Source: an uncultured Bacilli bacterium
Lineage (GTDB): Bacteria; Bacillota_I; Bacilli_A; RF39; UBA660
Direction: 5' to 3'
Length of the DNA: 64,000 bases
NCBI GenBank assembly: GCA_934149105.1
Contig: CAKPDP010000002.1
Coordinates: 49,700-113,699 of the forward strand
The notes under the pieces: model-generated
What the model was told of the DNA's origin: nothing
The model's input: the letters and a program-made list of their open reading frames with translations, nothing else
Database searches by the model: none
In this document: in pieces, positions 29,604-38,218 of the stretch
Numbering within the stretch: position 1 is the first letter of the stretch
How the letters are laid out: the number at the start of each line of letters is the position of its first letter
Program-made: the position numbers and the translations under genes

Positions 29604-31403
29604 TTACGAAATTACGTATGGACTCGTGCTAGTTCCCGATCCTGAGGTGCCTATCCCAGGGGCTAAAGAAACGACCGGCCGAACCCCGTTGGTGGACCTC
29701 ACAGAGTCGCTATCGTAGAGGCCACCACGGGAACCCACGAACCAGGCGTACGCATAGCCGTTGCTGTTGAAGTGGGAAGGCGAACCCGGCCACCAAGAAT
29801 CGTTATTGTTTAAATAATAAGTAGAATTGTCGGACTTGTAGAAGTGGTATATTCCACCTGCATACATTACCTCATCAATTGTTATTAAACCTACAGGATA
29901 TGTAAGTTTTCCATTTCCTATACTAGAGTCTACTGTAAAGGCATCATTACTATTACTACAGTCTAGACTTGGTTTATGGGTTTCTGTTCTAGTATTACCT
30001 GCAAAAGTATTATCATCAGTACTAGAAGTATCTTTACTTAGTAAAGGTCCACTAATAATAGTTCGGTCATTGCAATAAATTGTATCTTCTAACTTATCTG
30101 TATAACTAGTCATATTAGTCTTATACCAATTATCAATTGTTGTTTTTATTTTAGAATCTGTAGTATTAGTAAACATCTTTGTTTTAGCCGTTTCAATATT
30201 ATCTCCTCCAGTTAGGGTTAAATAAGATACCCTTGAACTATTTCCAAAATAATGAATATAATAAACACTACTACAAGTAGCACTAGTACTTAGACAAGTA
30301 TAATGATATTTTGTTGCCAAAGTTTTATAATCTGTACTCCAACTACTACTAGTCATCGTATCTTTTAAGGTATATGTACCATTAGAATATGTTACATCAT
30401 TTCCATAGACATAAGTATCAGTGACACTACTCATATCTTTAAAAAATGAAACATATCTAGTTCCATACATATAGCCGACATCGGCAGGACTACTACTATA
30501 ATTATTATTAAAAGCACTAGTTCCTATTTGAGTTGCTTCTCCAGTTGTATTAGTACACTGATTATCAGTAGGTGTTCCATTGTAAATCATTTTAATGCCA
30601 CCAGTATCAGTAGTTCTGATTATTTTCCAACAAAAGCCTGCGAATAAGACATTATTGTTAGTTACAGCTCCTCTAAAATAATAAATAGGATATTGATCTG
30701 AAGCCGTACTACTTAACATGTATAATCCTTTACCATTAGTATCACTACTAATCTTTGAAAAATCAATATTATTATCTAATTCATAATCTAAAGTTACAGT
30801 ATCATCAAATAATGACACCGTACTATCTAATGGTTTAGATAAAGAGTTAGAGCCTGTATTAAATTCTACGATGCCATTAAAACTTCCTTTATCTATATCA
30901 TTTTGTTCAGTATTAGTATCATTTAAATAAACCATTATATAGTAAGTTTTACTAGATCTAGCTTTAATAGTATCTTGTTTAACTAAACTAGATCTAGACA
31001 TACCTCTTTTAGCATTCTCACTGTATGTGGTTTGAGTAGATAATTCTGTCCATTTAAGATTCTTAGAAGTACTACTAGTTAAAGTAACATAACCATCGAC
31101 ATTTACTTTAACACTACCTTCGTTATTTACAGTAATACTATAAATCTGACAAGCTGTATAGCCATTACTATCCTGACATTGGGCTTTTGCAGCATCATTT
31201 AATAAGCTTTCTTTAAGTGGTATTAATTTATCATCTTTAGTAAGTAATTTAACATTCATAGATATTTTAACATTAGCAATACTACCACTAATAGCATTAT
31301 TACTACTACTAACACTAACACTAAAATAAGCATATGTACCAGAAATAAAAGCTACTACAATAGCCATAACAAAAACTAGTAAATATAATTTTTTACCTTT
31401 CAT
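29604..31403 (-). CDS. Secreted protein with a SipW-cognate (TasA/camelysin-type) signal peptide and a DUF1566/C-type-lectin-like C-terminal domain; putative DGR variable protein
   Basis: N-terminus MKGKKLYLLVFVMAIVVAFISGTYAYFS; C-terminus ...YYLNNNDSWWPGSPSHFNSNGYAYAWFVGSRGGLYDSDSVRSTNGVRPVVSL; the last roughly 190 nt are strikingly GC-rich. Confidence 0.6.
   Translation of the reverse strand: MKGKKLYLLVFVMAIVVAFISGTYAYFSVSVSSSNNAISGSIANVKISMNVKLLTKDDKLIPLKESLLNDAAKAQCQDSNGYTACQIYSITVNNEGSVKVNVDGYVTLTSSTSKNLKWTELSTQTTYSENAKRGMSRSSLVKQDTIKARSSKTYYIMVYLNDTNTEQNDIDKGSFNGIVEFNTGSNSLSKPLDSTVSLFDDTVTLDYELDNNIDFSKISSDTNGKGLYMLSSTASDQYPIYYFRGAVTNNNVLFAGFCWKIIRTTDTGGIKMIYNGTPTDNQCTNTTGEATQIGTSAFNNNYSSSPADVGYMYGTRYVSFFKDMSSVTDTYVYGNDVTYSNGTYTLKDTMTSSSWSTDYKTLATKYHYTCLSTSATCSSVYYIHYFGNSSRVSYLTLTGGDNIETAKTKMFTNTTDSKIKTTIDNWYKTNMTSYTDKLEDTIYCNDRTIISGPLLSKDTSSTDDNTFAGNTRTETHKPSLDCSNSNDAFTVDSSIGNGKLTYPVGLITIDEVMYAGGIYHFYKSDNSTYYLNNNDSWWPGSPSHFNSNGYAYAWFVGSRGGLYDSDSVRSTNGVRPVVSLAPGIGTSGSGTSTSPYVIS
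29674..29794 (-). other. Putative DGR variable region (VR) at the 3' end of the 29604..31403 gene
   Basis: Homologous to the TR-like copy at 29241..29308; the differences sit mostly where that copy has A; a GC-rich IMH-like element GGGGTTCGGCCGGTCG lies at the 3' boundary. Confidence 0.45.
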
Positions 31404-31453
31404 AAATTAACACCTTCAAACTTATCCTATTTTAATTATATTTTACCAAAAAA

Positions 31454-31460
31454 GGGGGGG
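31454..31460. repeat. Homopolymeric G7/C7 tract in the upstream region of the putative DGR target gene
   Basis: ggggggg at 31454-31460, about 50 bp upstream of the start codon at 31403, in a genome otherwise very poor in G/C runs. Confidence 0.6.
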
Positions 31461-31597
31461 AAAAAGTAGCTTTTTAACTATAGAGTTACTCTGTTTTCTG
31501 TAAACTTCATGTTAAGGATATGACTCGTTTGTTAGCAATATTACAATTTGACAATATCAGAAGAATTTACCTATTTTAGCCTGATTTTAGATTTTTT

Positions 31598-31855
31598 TTA
31601 AGAATAGAAAAATAAAAACTCAATTGTGGTAGCTGCTATTGACGGTAAAAAAATCACTAAAAAGAAATTTAGTGACCTTCCTGCTTTTGTTAAGTACCAT
31701 TCGCCTTGTTCTTCTTTTAAAAATCCTCTGCTGTCAAAATCTCGCTCTTTTCTATCATACTCTAAGCTTCTTATTTGATCTGATGTTAATTTTATTGAGG
31801 CATCTCCCTGTCTAAAATAAACTTCATCTTTGTTAGTTCTTACAATATAATTCAT
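31598..31855 (-). CDS. Hypothetical ORF, possibly the terminal piece of a decayed gene
   Basis: No RBS; the reading frame is open upstream of the ATG; frame-shifted coding remnants continue to about 31990. Confidence 0.2.
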   Translation of the reverse strand: MNYIVRTNKDEVYFRQGDASIKLTSDQIRSLEYDRKERDFDSRGFLKEEQGEWYLTKAGRSLNFFLVIFLPSIAATTIEFLFFYS

Positions 31856-32167
31856 GGCTGGTTCAATTTTATTCCATAAGGATTAAATCCTTCGATTATA
31901 CCATCATCAGTAATTCCTACTGCTACTACTACTCCATGGCAAAGGGAGCTATTTCGTTGGCTAAATCTTGAATTGATATTTTAGCATATTTTTTTGATTT
32001 TTATTCTTTTTTTAGAAAATATTGTATAATTTGTGAACGGCTTTGAATGCAAGTGAACGCTTTAGCGTCTGGATTTCTATTCCACTTAACCGGACGGTTT
32101 CCAGTTTTCTACCCTACTTAACTGGACAGTTTTAGGATGAAGATGTAACTATTTAATAGTTAACTGA

Positions 32168-32212
32168 AGTTAAAAAAAATCATAATAATTGATTTCTTAT
32201 TATGATTTTTAA
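32168..32212 (-). terminator. Rho-independent terminator (perfect 10 bp stem atcataataa/ttattatgat) after the ABC exporter operon
   Basis: Hairpin immediately after the stop at 32215, followed by a T8 run on the minus strand. Confidence 0.55.
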
Positions 32213-32214
32213 GG

Positions 32215-34092
32215 TTATTCTAATTCAAAGGCTCCAGTATATAGTTGATAATATTGACCTTTTTGATCTATTAATTGATTATGATCTCCTCTTTCAATTA
32301 TAACTCCATTTTCTAAGACCATGATAGCTTTAGAATTTCTAACGGTTGATAATCTATGAGCTATAACAAAGACGGTTCTACCAGTCATTAATTTATCCAT
32401 ACCATTTTGAACTATTTCTTCGGTTCTAGTATCAATACTACTTGTAGCTTCATCTAAGATCATAACGGGTGGATTATCGAGAGCAGCTCTTGCAATAGAT
32501 AATAATTGTCTTTGCCCTTGGGATAAAGAGGCTCCATTACCTGTTATGATAGTATTATATCCTTCGGGAAGCATTTTGATGAAGCTATCGGCATTGGCTA
32601 GTTTAGCGGCTTCAATGCATTCTTTATTAGTAGCATTAGGTCTAGCGTAACGAATGTTATCTATTATGGTTCCTGTAAAAAGATTAGTGTCTTGGAGAAC
32701 CATTCCTAATGATTTTCTTAGAGAAGATTTTTTTATTTTATTGATATTTATACCATCATAACTTATTTTTCCATCATCTATATCATAAAATCTATTAATT
32801 AGATTAGTTATAGTAGTTTTTCCAGCTCCAGTAGCTCCAACAAAGGCTATTTTTTGGCCAGGTTTAGCATAGAGACTAATATTATGAAGAATAATTTTCT
32901 CTTTGGTATAGCCAAAGGAAACATCAAAGAAACGGACATCTCCTTTTAATTCTATATACTCTAGGGTACCATTATGATGAGGATATTTCCAAGCCCAAGT
33001 ACCAGTATAATTTTTACTTTCTTCTAATTTACCATTTTTATATTTAGCATAAACAAGAGTTACATAGCCATCATCTTTTTCACTTTCTTCATCTAAAAGC
33101 TCAAAGATACGTGAGGCTCCCGCTAAGGCCATAATAATCATATTTAATTGGGAAGTTATTTGATTTATAGGTATAATAAAGTTTTTAGTAAGTTGAAGGA
33201 AAGAAATAATTACACCTATTGTTAGGATACTACTACCTTTTATTGCTAAGGTACCACCAATAGTGGCAACGAGGATATAGACTATATTACCAATATTGGC
33301 CATGACAGGCATAATGATACTAGAATATATTCCAGCTTTGATATTATTTTCACATAATTCTTCATTTAATTTATCAAAGTCTTCTTTACTCTCTTCTTCG
33401 TGAGTAAAGACTTTGATTACTTTAGAACCATTTATCATTTCTTCAATATAGCCATTTAATTTACCTAGGGAATTTTGACCCCCAATGAAATATTTAGAAG
33501 AAATAGTAGTAATTTTTTTAGAGATTATGCTCATTAAGATGACAGAGATTATTACAACAATGGTTAGAGGGATACTTAGATATAGCATAGCGCAAAAGAC
33601 AGTTATGATAGTTATTACTGAGGATACTAATTGAGGAATACTTTGGCTTATTAATTGTCTTAGGGTATCAGTATCATTGGTATAATGACTCATAATATCA
33701 CCATTACTATGAGTATCAAAATAATTAATTGGAAGTGTTTGCATGTGAAAGAACATATTATCTCTTATATCTTTTAATACTCCTTGAGAAATATTAACAA
33801 TAGTTCTATTATAAAGATAATTACAGATAATACCTATTAAGTATACTAAAGACATTATTAAAATTAATCTTAAGAGACCATCATAAACTATATTTTGGGT
33901 TTGTAACATAGGGGTTATATAATTATCGATAACTGTTTTAATAAATAGAGAACCTAAAACACCAACTATAGCACTTATAATTATGCAGAATAAGACAAGA
34001 CAAAAGTTTAATTTATATTTTTTAGTTATATAACTTATTAATCTTTTGATAGTGTCTTTTTTAAAGTGAGGAGTATTATTCATGGTTAGCAC
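32215..34092 (-). CDS. ABC exporter, fused permease/ATPase (heterodimer partner B)
   Basis: Six N-terminal TM helices; Walker A GATGAGKTT, signature LSQGQRQ, Walker B MILDEATS. Confidence 0.85.
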   Translation of the reverse strand: MLTMNNTPHFKKDTIKRLISYITKKYKLNFCLVLFCIIISAIVGVLGSLFIKTVIDNYITPMLQTQNIVYDGLLRLILIMSLVYLIGIICNYLYNRTIVNISQGVLKDIRDNMFFHMQTLPINYFDTHSNGDIMSHYTNDTDTLRQLISQSIPQLVSSVITIITVFCAMLYLSIPLTIVVIISVILMSIISKKITTISSKYFIGGQNSLGKLNGYIEEMINGSKVIKVFTHEEESKEDFDKLNEELCENNIKAGIYSSIIMPVMANIGNIVYILVATIGGTLAIKGSSILTIGVIISFLQLTKNFIIPINQITSQLNMIIMALAGASRIFELLDEESEKDDGYVTLVYAKYKNGKLEESKNYTGTWAWKYPHHNGTLEYIELKGDVRFFDVSFGYTKEKIILHNISLYAKPGQKIAFVGATGAGKTTITNLINRFYDIDDGKISYDGININKIKKSSLRKSLGMVLQDTNLFTGTIIDNIRYARPNATNKECIEAAKLANADSFIKMLPEGYNTIITGNGASLSQGQRQLLSIARAALDNPPVMILDEATSSIDTRTEEIVQNGMDKLMTGRTVFVIAHRLSTVRNSKAIMVLENGVIIERGDHNQLIDQKGQYYQLYTGAFELE

Positions 34093-35809
34093 TTCCTTTC
34101 ACTTGGGAATTATATACTTCTTTATATATTTCATTATGTTTAAGTAAGTAATCGTGGGTTCCTATAGCATTGATGGTACCATTATCCATAACTATTATTT
34201 GGTCAGCATTTTCTACAGAAGATATTCTTTGGGCAATAATAATTTTAGTGGTATCAGGAATGTTTTTTTGGAAAGCGTCTCTGATTAGGGCGTCAGTTTT
34301 AGTATCGACGGCACTAGTAGAGTCATCAAGGATTAAGATTTTAGGGTTCTTTAAGAGAGCTCTAGCTATGCAAAGTCGTTGTTTTTGGCCACCAGAGACG
34401 TTGCTTCCACCTTGTTCAATGTAGGTATTATATTTATCAGGGAATTTTTCAATGAATTCAGAGGCTTGAGCTAGGGAGCAAACTTCTTTAATCTCGTCTA
34501 TGGTAGCATCTTTTTTACCCCATCTTAGGTTATCGATAATGGTTCCAGAGAAAAGAACATTTTTTTGTAAGACCATAGCTACAGCATCACGAAGAGATTT
34601 AAGATCATACTCTTTAACATTATGACCTCCAACAAGGACTTCGCCTTTAGTGGTATCATATAATCTAGGAATTAAATTAACAAGAGTGCTTTTACTACTA
34701 CCTATTCCTCCGATGATACCAATGGTACTTCCAGATTTTATTTCTAGATTAATATTTTTTAAACTTAATTTTTTAGGATCTTTAACATAACTAAAACTAA
34801 CGTTTTTAAATTTAATGCTACCGTCAGAAATAGTTGCTAAAGGATTTTGTGGATTAGTTAAATCAAGATTTTCATTTAATAATTCACAAATTCTTTCAGC
34901 GGAAGGTATGGCAATGATAATCATAACAAAGACCATCGATAACATCATTAGACCATTTAAGATTTGCATGGTATAAGTTATAAGGCTGGTAAGAGATCCA
35001 GTAGACATAGAACCAGAAAGAATTAAATGGGCCCCGATCCACGCTATTAAGATAGTACAAGTATAAATAGATAATTGCATTAAAGGACTATTAAAGGCTA
35101 GAATTTTTTCGGCTTTAGTAAAATTATGATAAATGTCATTAGAGACGCTATCAAATTTTTTGATTTCTTGATCTTCTTGAACATAAGATTTAACAACCCG
35201 AATACCACGAATATTTTCTTCGACGACATTATTTAATTTATCATAGGTTTTAAAGACATATTCAAAGATAGGATGGGCTTTTAGGGCAATAAAGATTAAG
35301 CCTGCTCCTAAGAAAGGAATAACGCAGACATAGATTAAGGCTATGTGAGGATTAATAACAAAGGACATAATAAGGGCAAAGATAAGAAGAAATGGGGCTC
35401 TGATAGCAATTCTAATTATCATAGCATAGGCTTCTTTAACATTGGTAACATCAGTAGTTAAACGAGTAATAATACTAGAAGATGAGAATTTATCAATGTT
35501 AGAAAAAGAATATTCTTCTACTTTATAGTACATATCTTGACGTAAATTTTTAGCAAAGCCACTACTAGCAATAGCAGCATATTTTGCAGATAAGGCTCCA
35601 AAGATAATAGCCAAGAGAGCACAGATAACTAGAATAGCACTAATTATATAAACTATTTGTAAGTTACTTTTACTAATTCCATTATCGATTAAATAAGCCA
35701 TTAAATAAGGAATTAAGACATCTAAGATAACTTCAAAGATGATAAATAAAGGTGCTAGTAAGGACGCTTTTTTATAATTTCTAATACTTTTAGTTAATTG
35801 CTTTAACAT
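34076..35809 (-). CDS. ABC exporter, fused permease/ATPase (heterodimer partner A)
   Basis: Walker A GGIGSSKST, signature VSGGQKQR, Walker B ILILDDSTSA; likely start is the internal Met (MLKQLTKS) preceded by AAAGGAGGAATCAAT. Confidence 0.85.
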   Translation of the reverse strand: MLKQLTKSIRNYKKASLLAPLFIIFEVILDVLIPYLMAYLIDNGISKSNLQIVYIISAILVICALLAIIFGALSAKYAAIASSGFAKNLRQDMYYKVEEYSFSNIDKFSSSSIITRLTTDVTNVKEAYAMIIRIAIRAPFLLIFALIMSFVINPHIALIYVCVIPFLGAGLIFIALKAHPIFEYVFKTYDKLNNVVEENIRGIRVVKSYVQEDQEIKKFDSVSNDIYHNFTKAEKILAFNSPLMQLSIYTCTILIAWIGAHLILSGSMSTGSLTSLITYTMQILNGLMMLSMVFVMIIIAIPSAERICELLNENLDLTNPQNPLATISDGSIKFKNVSFSYVKDPKKLSLKNINLEIKSGSTIGIIGGIGSSKSTLVNLIPRLYDTTKGEVLVGGHNVKEYDLKSLRDAVAMVLQKNVLFSGTIIDNLRWGKKDATIDEIKEVCSLAQASEFIEKFPDKYNTYIEQGGSNVSGGQKQRLCIARALLKNPKILILDDSTSAVDTKTDALIRDAFQKNIPDTTKIIIAQRISSVENADQIIVMDNGTINAIGTHDYLLKHNEIYKEVYNSQVKGSANHE

Positions 35810-36080
35810 ATTGATTCCTCCTTTTAATTTTAGTTGTTGCAATTGTTGCAATGCTAATTAATTTTACCACAAATTTAAGAATTTTGTTACACTTATTTGT
35901 ATATAAAAAAACAATCAAGAAAGATCTTGATAATTTCTTTATAAAAGATACTTTAATATTGCCTCTAGTAAGATGAAGAATCGGTAGTGGCTTTAGCATT
36001 GTTAATTAAGACACTATCATCAACAAATCCAACTAAACTGGTACTGATAATATCGTCAAGGTAAAATTTTTTTAGAATAA

Positions 36081-36614
36081 CTATTTCAGAAAGAAGAAAT
36101 AATGATTTTTGACTAGAAAGGTTATAGATAAATTTAGGATCAGGAAAATAGTTAGTACTTTAGTAAAATTAGGCGATAAGGTTTTAACTCTTTGATCAAA
36201 GAAAGGTTTTACAAAGTAGATGAAGAGAACACCTAGTACACCCCAAATGAGAGCTAATTCAAGGCAAATATATTTTCCAAAATGAAAAGGTTTAGAGGTA
36301 TAGTTCCACATTTCAGTATGAAAAAGATATTCAAGGATTAGACCACCAGATAACTCAGTTAGAGTTAGGATAACCATAGATGAGAGAAAAATCACTAATA
36401 ATTTTAAGAATTTATTGGTAATTTTAGAAAATAAATATTTATCTAAAAGAATTAGAAAGAGACAGCCAAAACCGTAAATGATGGTAAAAGGTCCATAAAG
36501 AATGCCACTATAATTTTTAGAAAATTTATATTTATAAAGAGAGCTTTCTAAAATAAAGCCTAAGATAGAGTAAATAATAAAAGAATTTAAATAATAAGAC
36601 ATTTTAATCACCAA
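36081..36614 (-). CDS. Small polytopic membrane protein (possibly CmpB/DUF1113-like putative ABC-transporter type IV family)
   Basis: 177 aa with 5 TM helices; LYGPFTIIYGFG motif. Confidence 0.3.
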   Translation of the reverse strand: MVIKMSYYLNSFIIYSILGFILESSLYKYKFSKNYSGILYGPFTIIYGFGCLFLILLDKYLFSKITNKFLKLLVIFLSSMVILTLTELSGGLILEYLFHTEMWNYTSKPFHFGKYICLELALIWGVLGVLFIYFVKPFFDQRVKTLSPNFTKVLTIFLILNLSITFLVKNHYFFFLK

Positions 36615-36724
36615 TATTAGTATGAAGAAGATTAAGATTTTTATGTAAAAGGAAAAAGAAATTTTCCAAAGTTTAGGAAAAATTTCTTTTTTTTATTTCA
36701 TCTATTAAATTGTTAATATCGACT

Positions 36725-37271
36725 TCAGGAATACGAGTTGTGGAATTTTGTTTTAAAAGTTGACAAGCTTTTAGGGATTAGTCCTTTCGAAATAATATTA
36801 TGTTGTGTCATTAATTTGATTATTTTTAAGGTTCTAATTACTTCAATGTTATTATTTTCAGAGCTGATTTTTAATCTGCTATCGCCAGTAGCAAGAAGAT
36901 AATCTTCTTTATCAATTTTACTCCAATCAATAACTTTGTGAAGTTCTTTTTTAAGATCATATCTAGTCAAATACAGGTGGAACACCAGTTCCTTCATGGA
37001 AGGGATGGGCAGTGTTCATTTCAACGTATTTTTTTATTATTTCTTCAAGGGTACTTTGAGGCATTTCATCTATTTTGGATAAGATATCTTTTAAATATAA
37101 AGCTGAAGCAAATCTAAAGTTACCTTTAGCTAGATTAACGGTTCTAATTTCAACGGCAAATTCAGGTATTTTGCTGGTATCAAATAATTCTAAGGCCTTT
37201 AATTTAGTAATTCGTTCTTCTTCTTTGGCCAATTCTATTTCATCATGAAGCCCTAATTTATTTTCTAACAT
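36725..37271 (-). pseudogene. Fic/Doc family protein interrupted by a frameshift inside the catalytic motif
   Basis: ORF1 ends ...[15 protein letters not shown] and ORF2 continues in the other frame as [14 protein letters not shown]...; together they give the Fic motif HPFxEG(N/T)G followed by the expected hydrophobic helix. Confidence 0.55.
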
Positions 37272-37302
37272 TTTGCCATCTCTATTTTAAAAATCTAAAT
37301 TA

Positions 37303-37893
37303 TTATTGTTTGCAACCACTGGTACTAGTAGATTTTACTATAAGATGGATAGGAACATAGTAGATGTCTGATGAGGTATTTAAAGTTGGTAATTCACTAA
37401 CATTTATGGTTATATCAAAGTAATAGTTATTTTCGTATTCATAAATATCAGAAACAGTAAAATCAAAATTATCTGTTTTTAAAGAAGAATCCATAAAATC
37501 ATCAATATTAGTTACTAAATTACCGGTAGTACTATCATTTATAACTTGATAATTTGGGGTTGATGTTTTTAAATAACTAGAATATTCGGCATCAGTATGA
37601 AAATAATTAGAAGATAGCAAAGAGACATCTTTAGAGTTTTTAGTAGTTATATCTTCTAATTCGATAGTATAACGATAAGTATAGGTGTTATTAGTGTAAT
37701 TAGTGGTATATTGCTCTTTAGAAAAGTAACTTACAACATAATAATCTGTTTGAGTAGTTTGACATTTTTTAGTGCTAAAGAGACTGACGACCCAAATTAA
37801 TAGTAATAATAGGACTGCAAAAATTATTATTTTAATGAAAAGATTTACCCAATTAACGGAATAATTTTTTTCTTCTTGACTTTCATCTAACAT
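37303..37893 (-). CDS. Membrane-anchored hypothetical protein
   Basis: N-terminal TM helix IKIIIFAVLLLLLIWVVSLF; Tyr/Thr/Asn-rich ectodomain. Confidence 0.3.
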   Translation of the reverse strand: MLDESQEEKNYSVNWVNLFIKIIIFAVLLLLLIWVVSLFSTKKCQTTQTDYYVVSYFSKEQYTTNYTNNTYTYRYTIELEDITTKNSKDVSLLSSNYFHTDAEYSSYLKTSTPNYQVINDSTTGNLVTNIDDFMDSSLKTDNFDFTVSDIYEYENNYYFDITINVSELPTLNTSSDIYYVPIHLIVKSTSTSGCKQ

Positions 37894-37911
37894 TTTTTCA
37901 CCTCACAAAAG

Positions 37912-38190
37912 CTATTTTAAGTTCAAGATAGCAATAGTATATCCTGAATTAAAGTTATCAACATAGTAATCTTGAACATACTTATTATGAGACAATTCTT
38001 CGTGAACTCCTTGTTTTACTATTCCCTCCCCTATTCCATGAATTAGTAGAATTTTAGGGTTTTTAAGATCATAGTTATCTCTTACGAAATCTTTAGTGGC
38101 GACAATAGCCATATCTTTGGTATAACCATGTAAATCTAAATAAGGAATATTTTTTAAGAATATATCGTTAATAATTATCTCTGTTTTCAT
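37912..38190 (-). CDS. Smr (small MutS-related) domain protein
   Basis: LDLHGYTKDMAIV ... LLIHGIGEGIV matches the Smr core LDLHG...IIHGKG. Confidence 0.55.
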   Translation of the reverse strand: MKTEIIINDIFLKNIPYLDLHGYTKDMAIVATKDFVRDNYDLKNPKILLIHGIGEGIVKQGVHEELSHNKYVQDYYVDNFNSGYTIAILNLK

Positions 38191-38218
38191 GAGTTAATTA
38201 TAACAAATTATTTAGATT

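Noticed and set aside
35790-35999. 69-aa ORF upstream of the ABC exporter
   Set aside because: It overlaps the promoter/leader; no RBS; lysine-rich AT-frame artefact.
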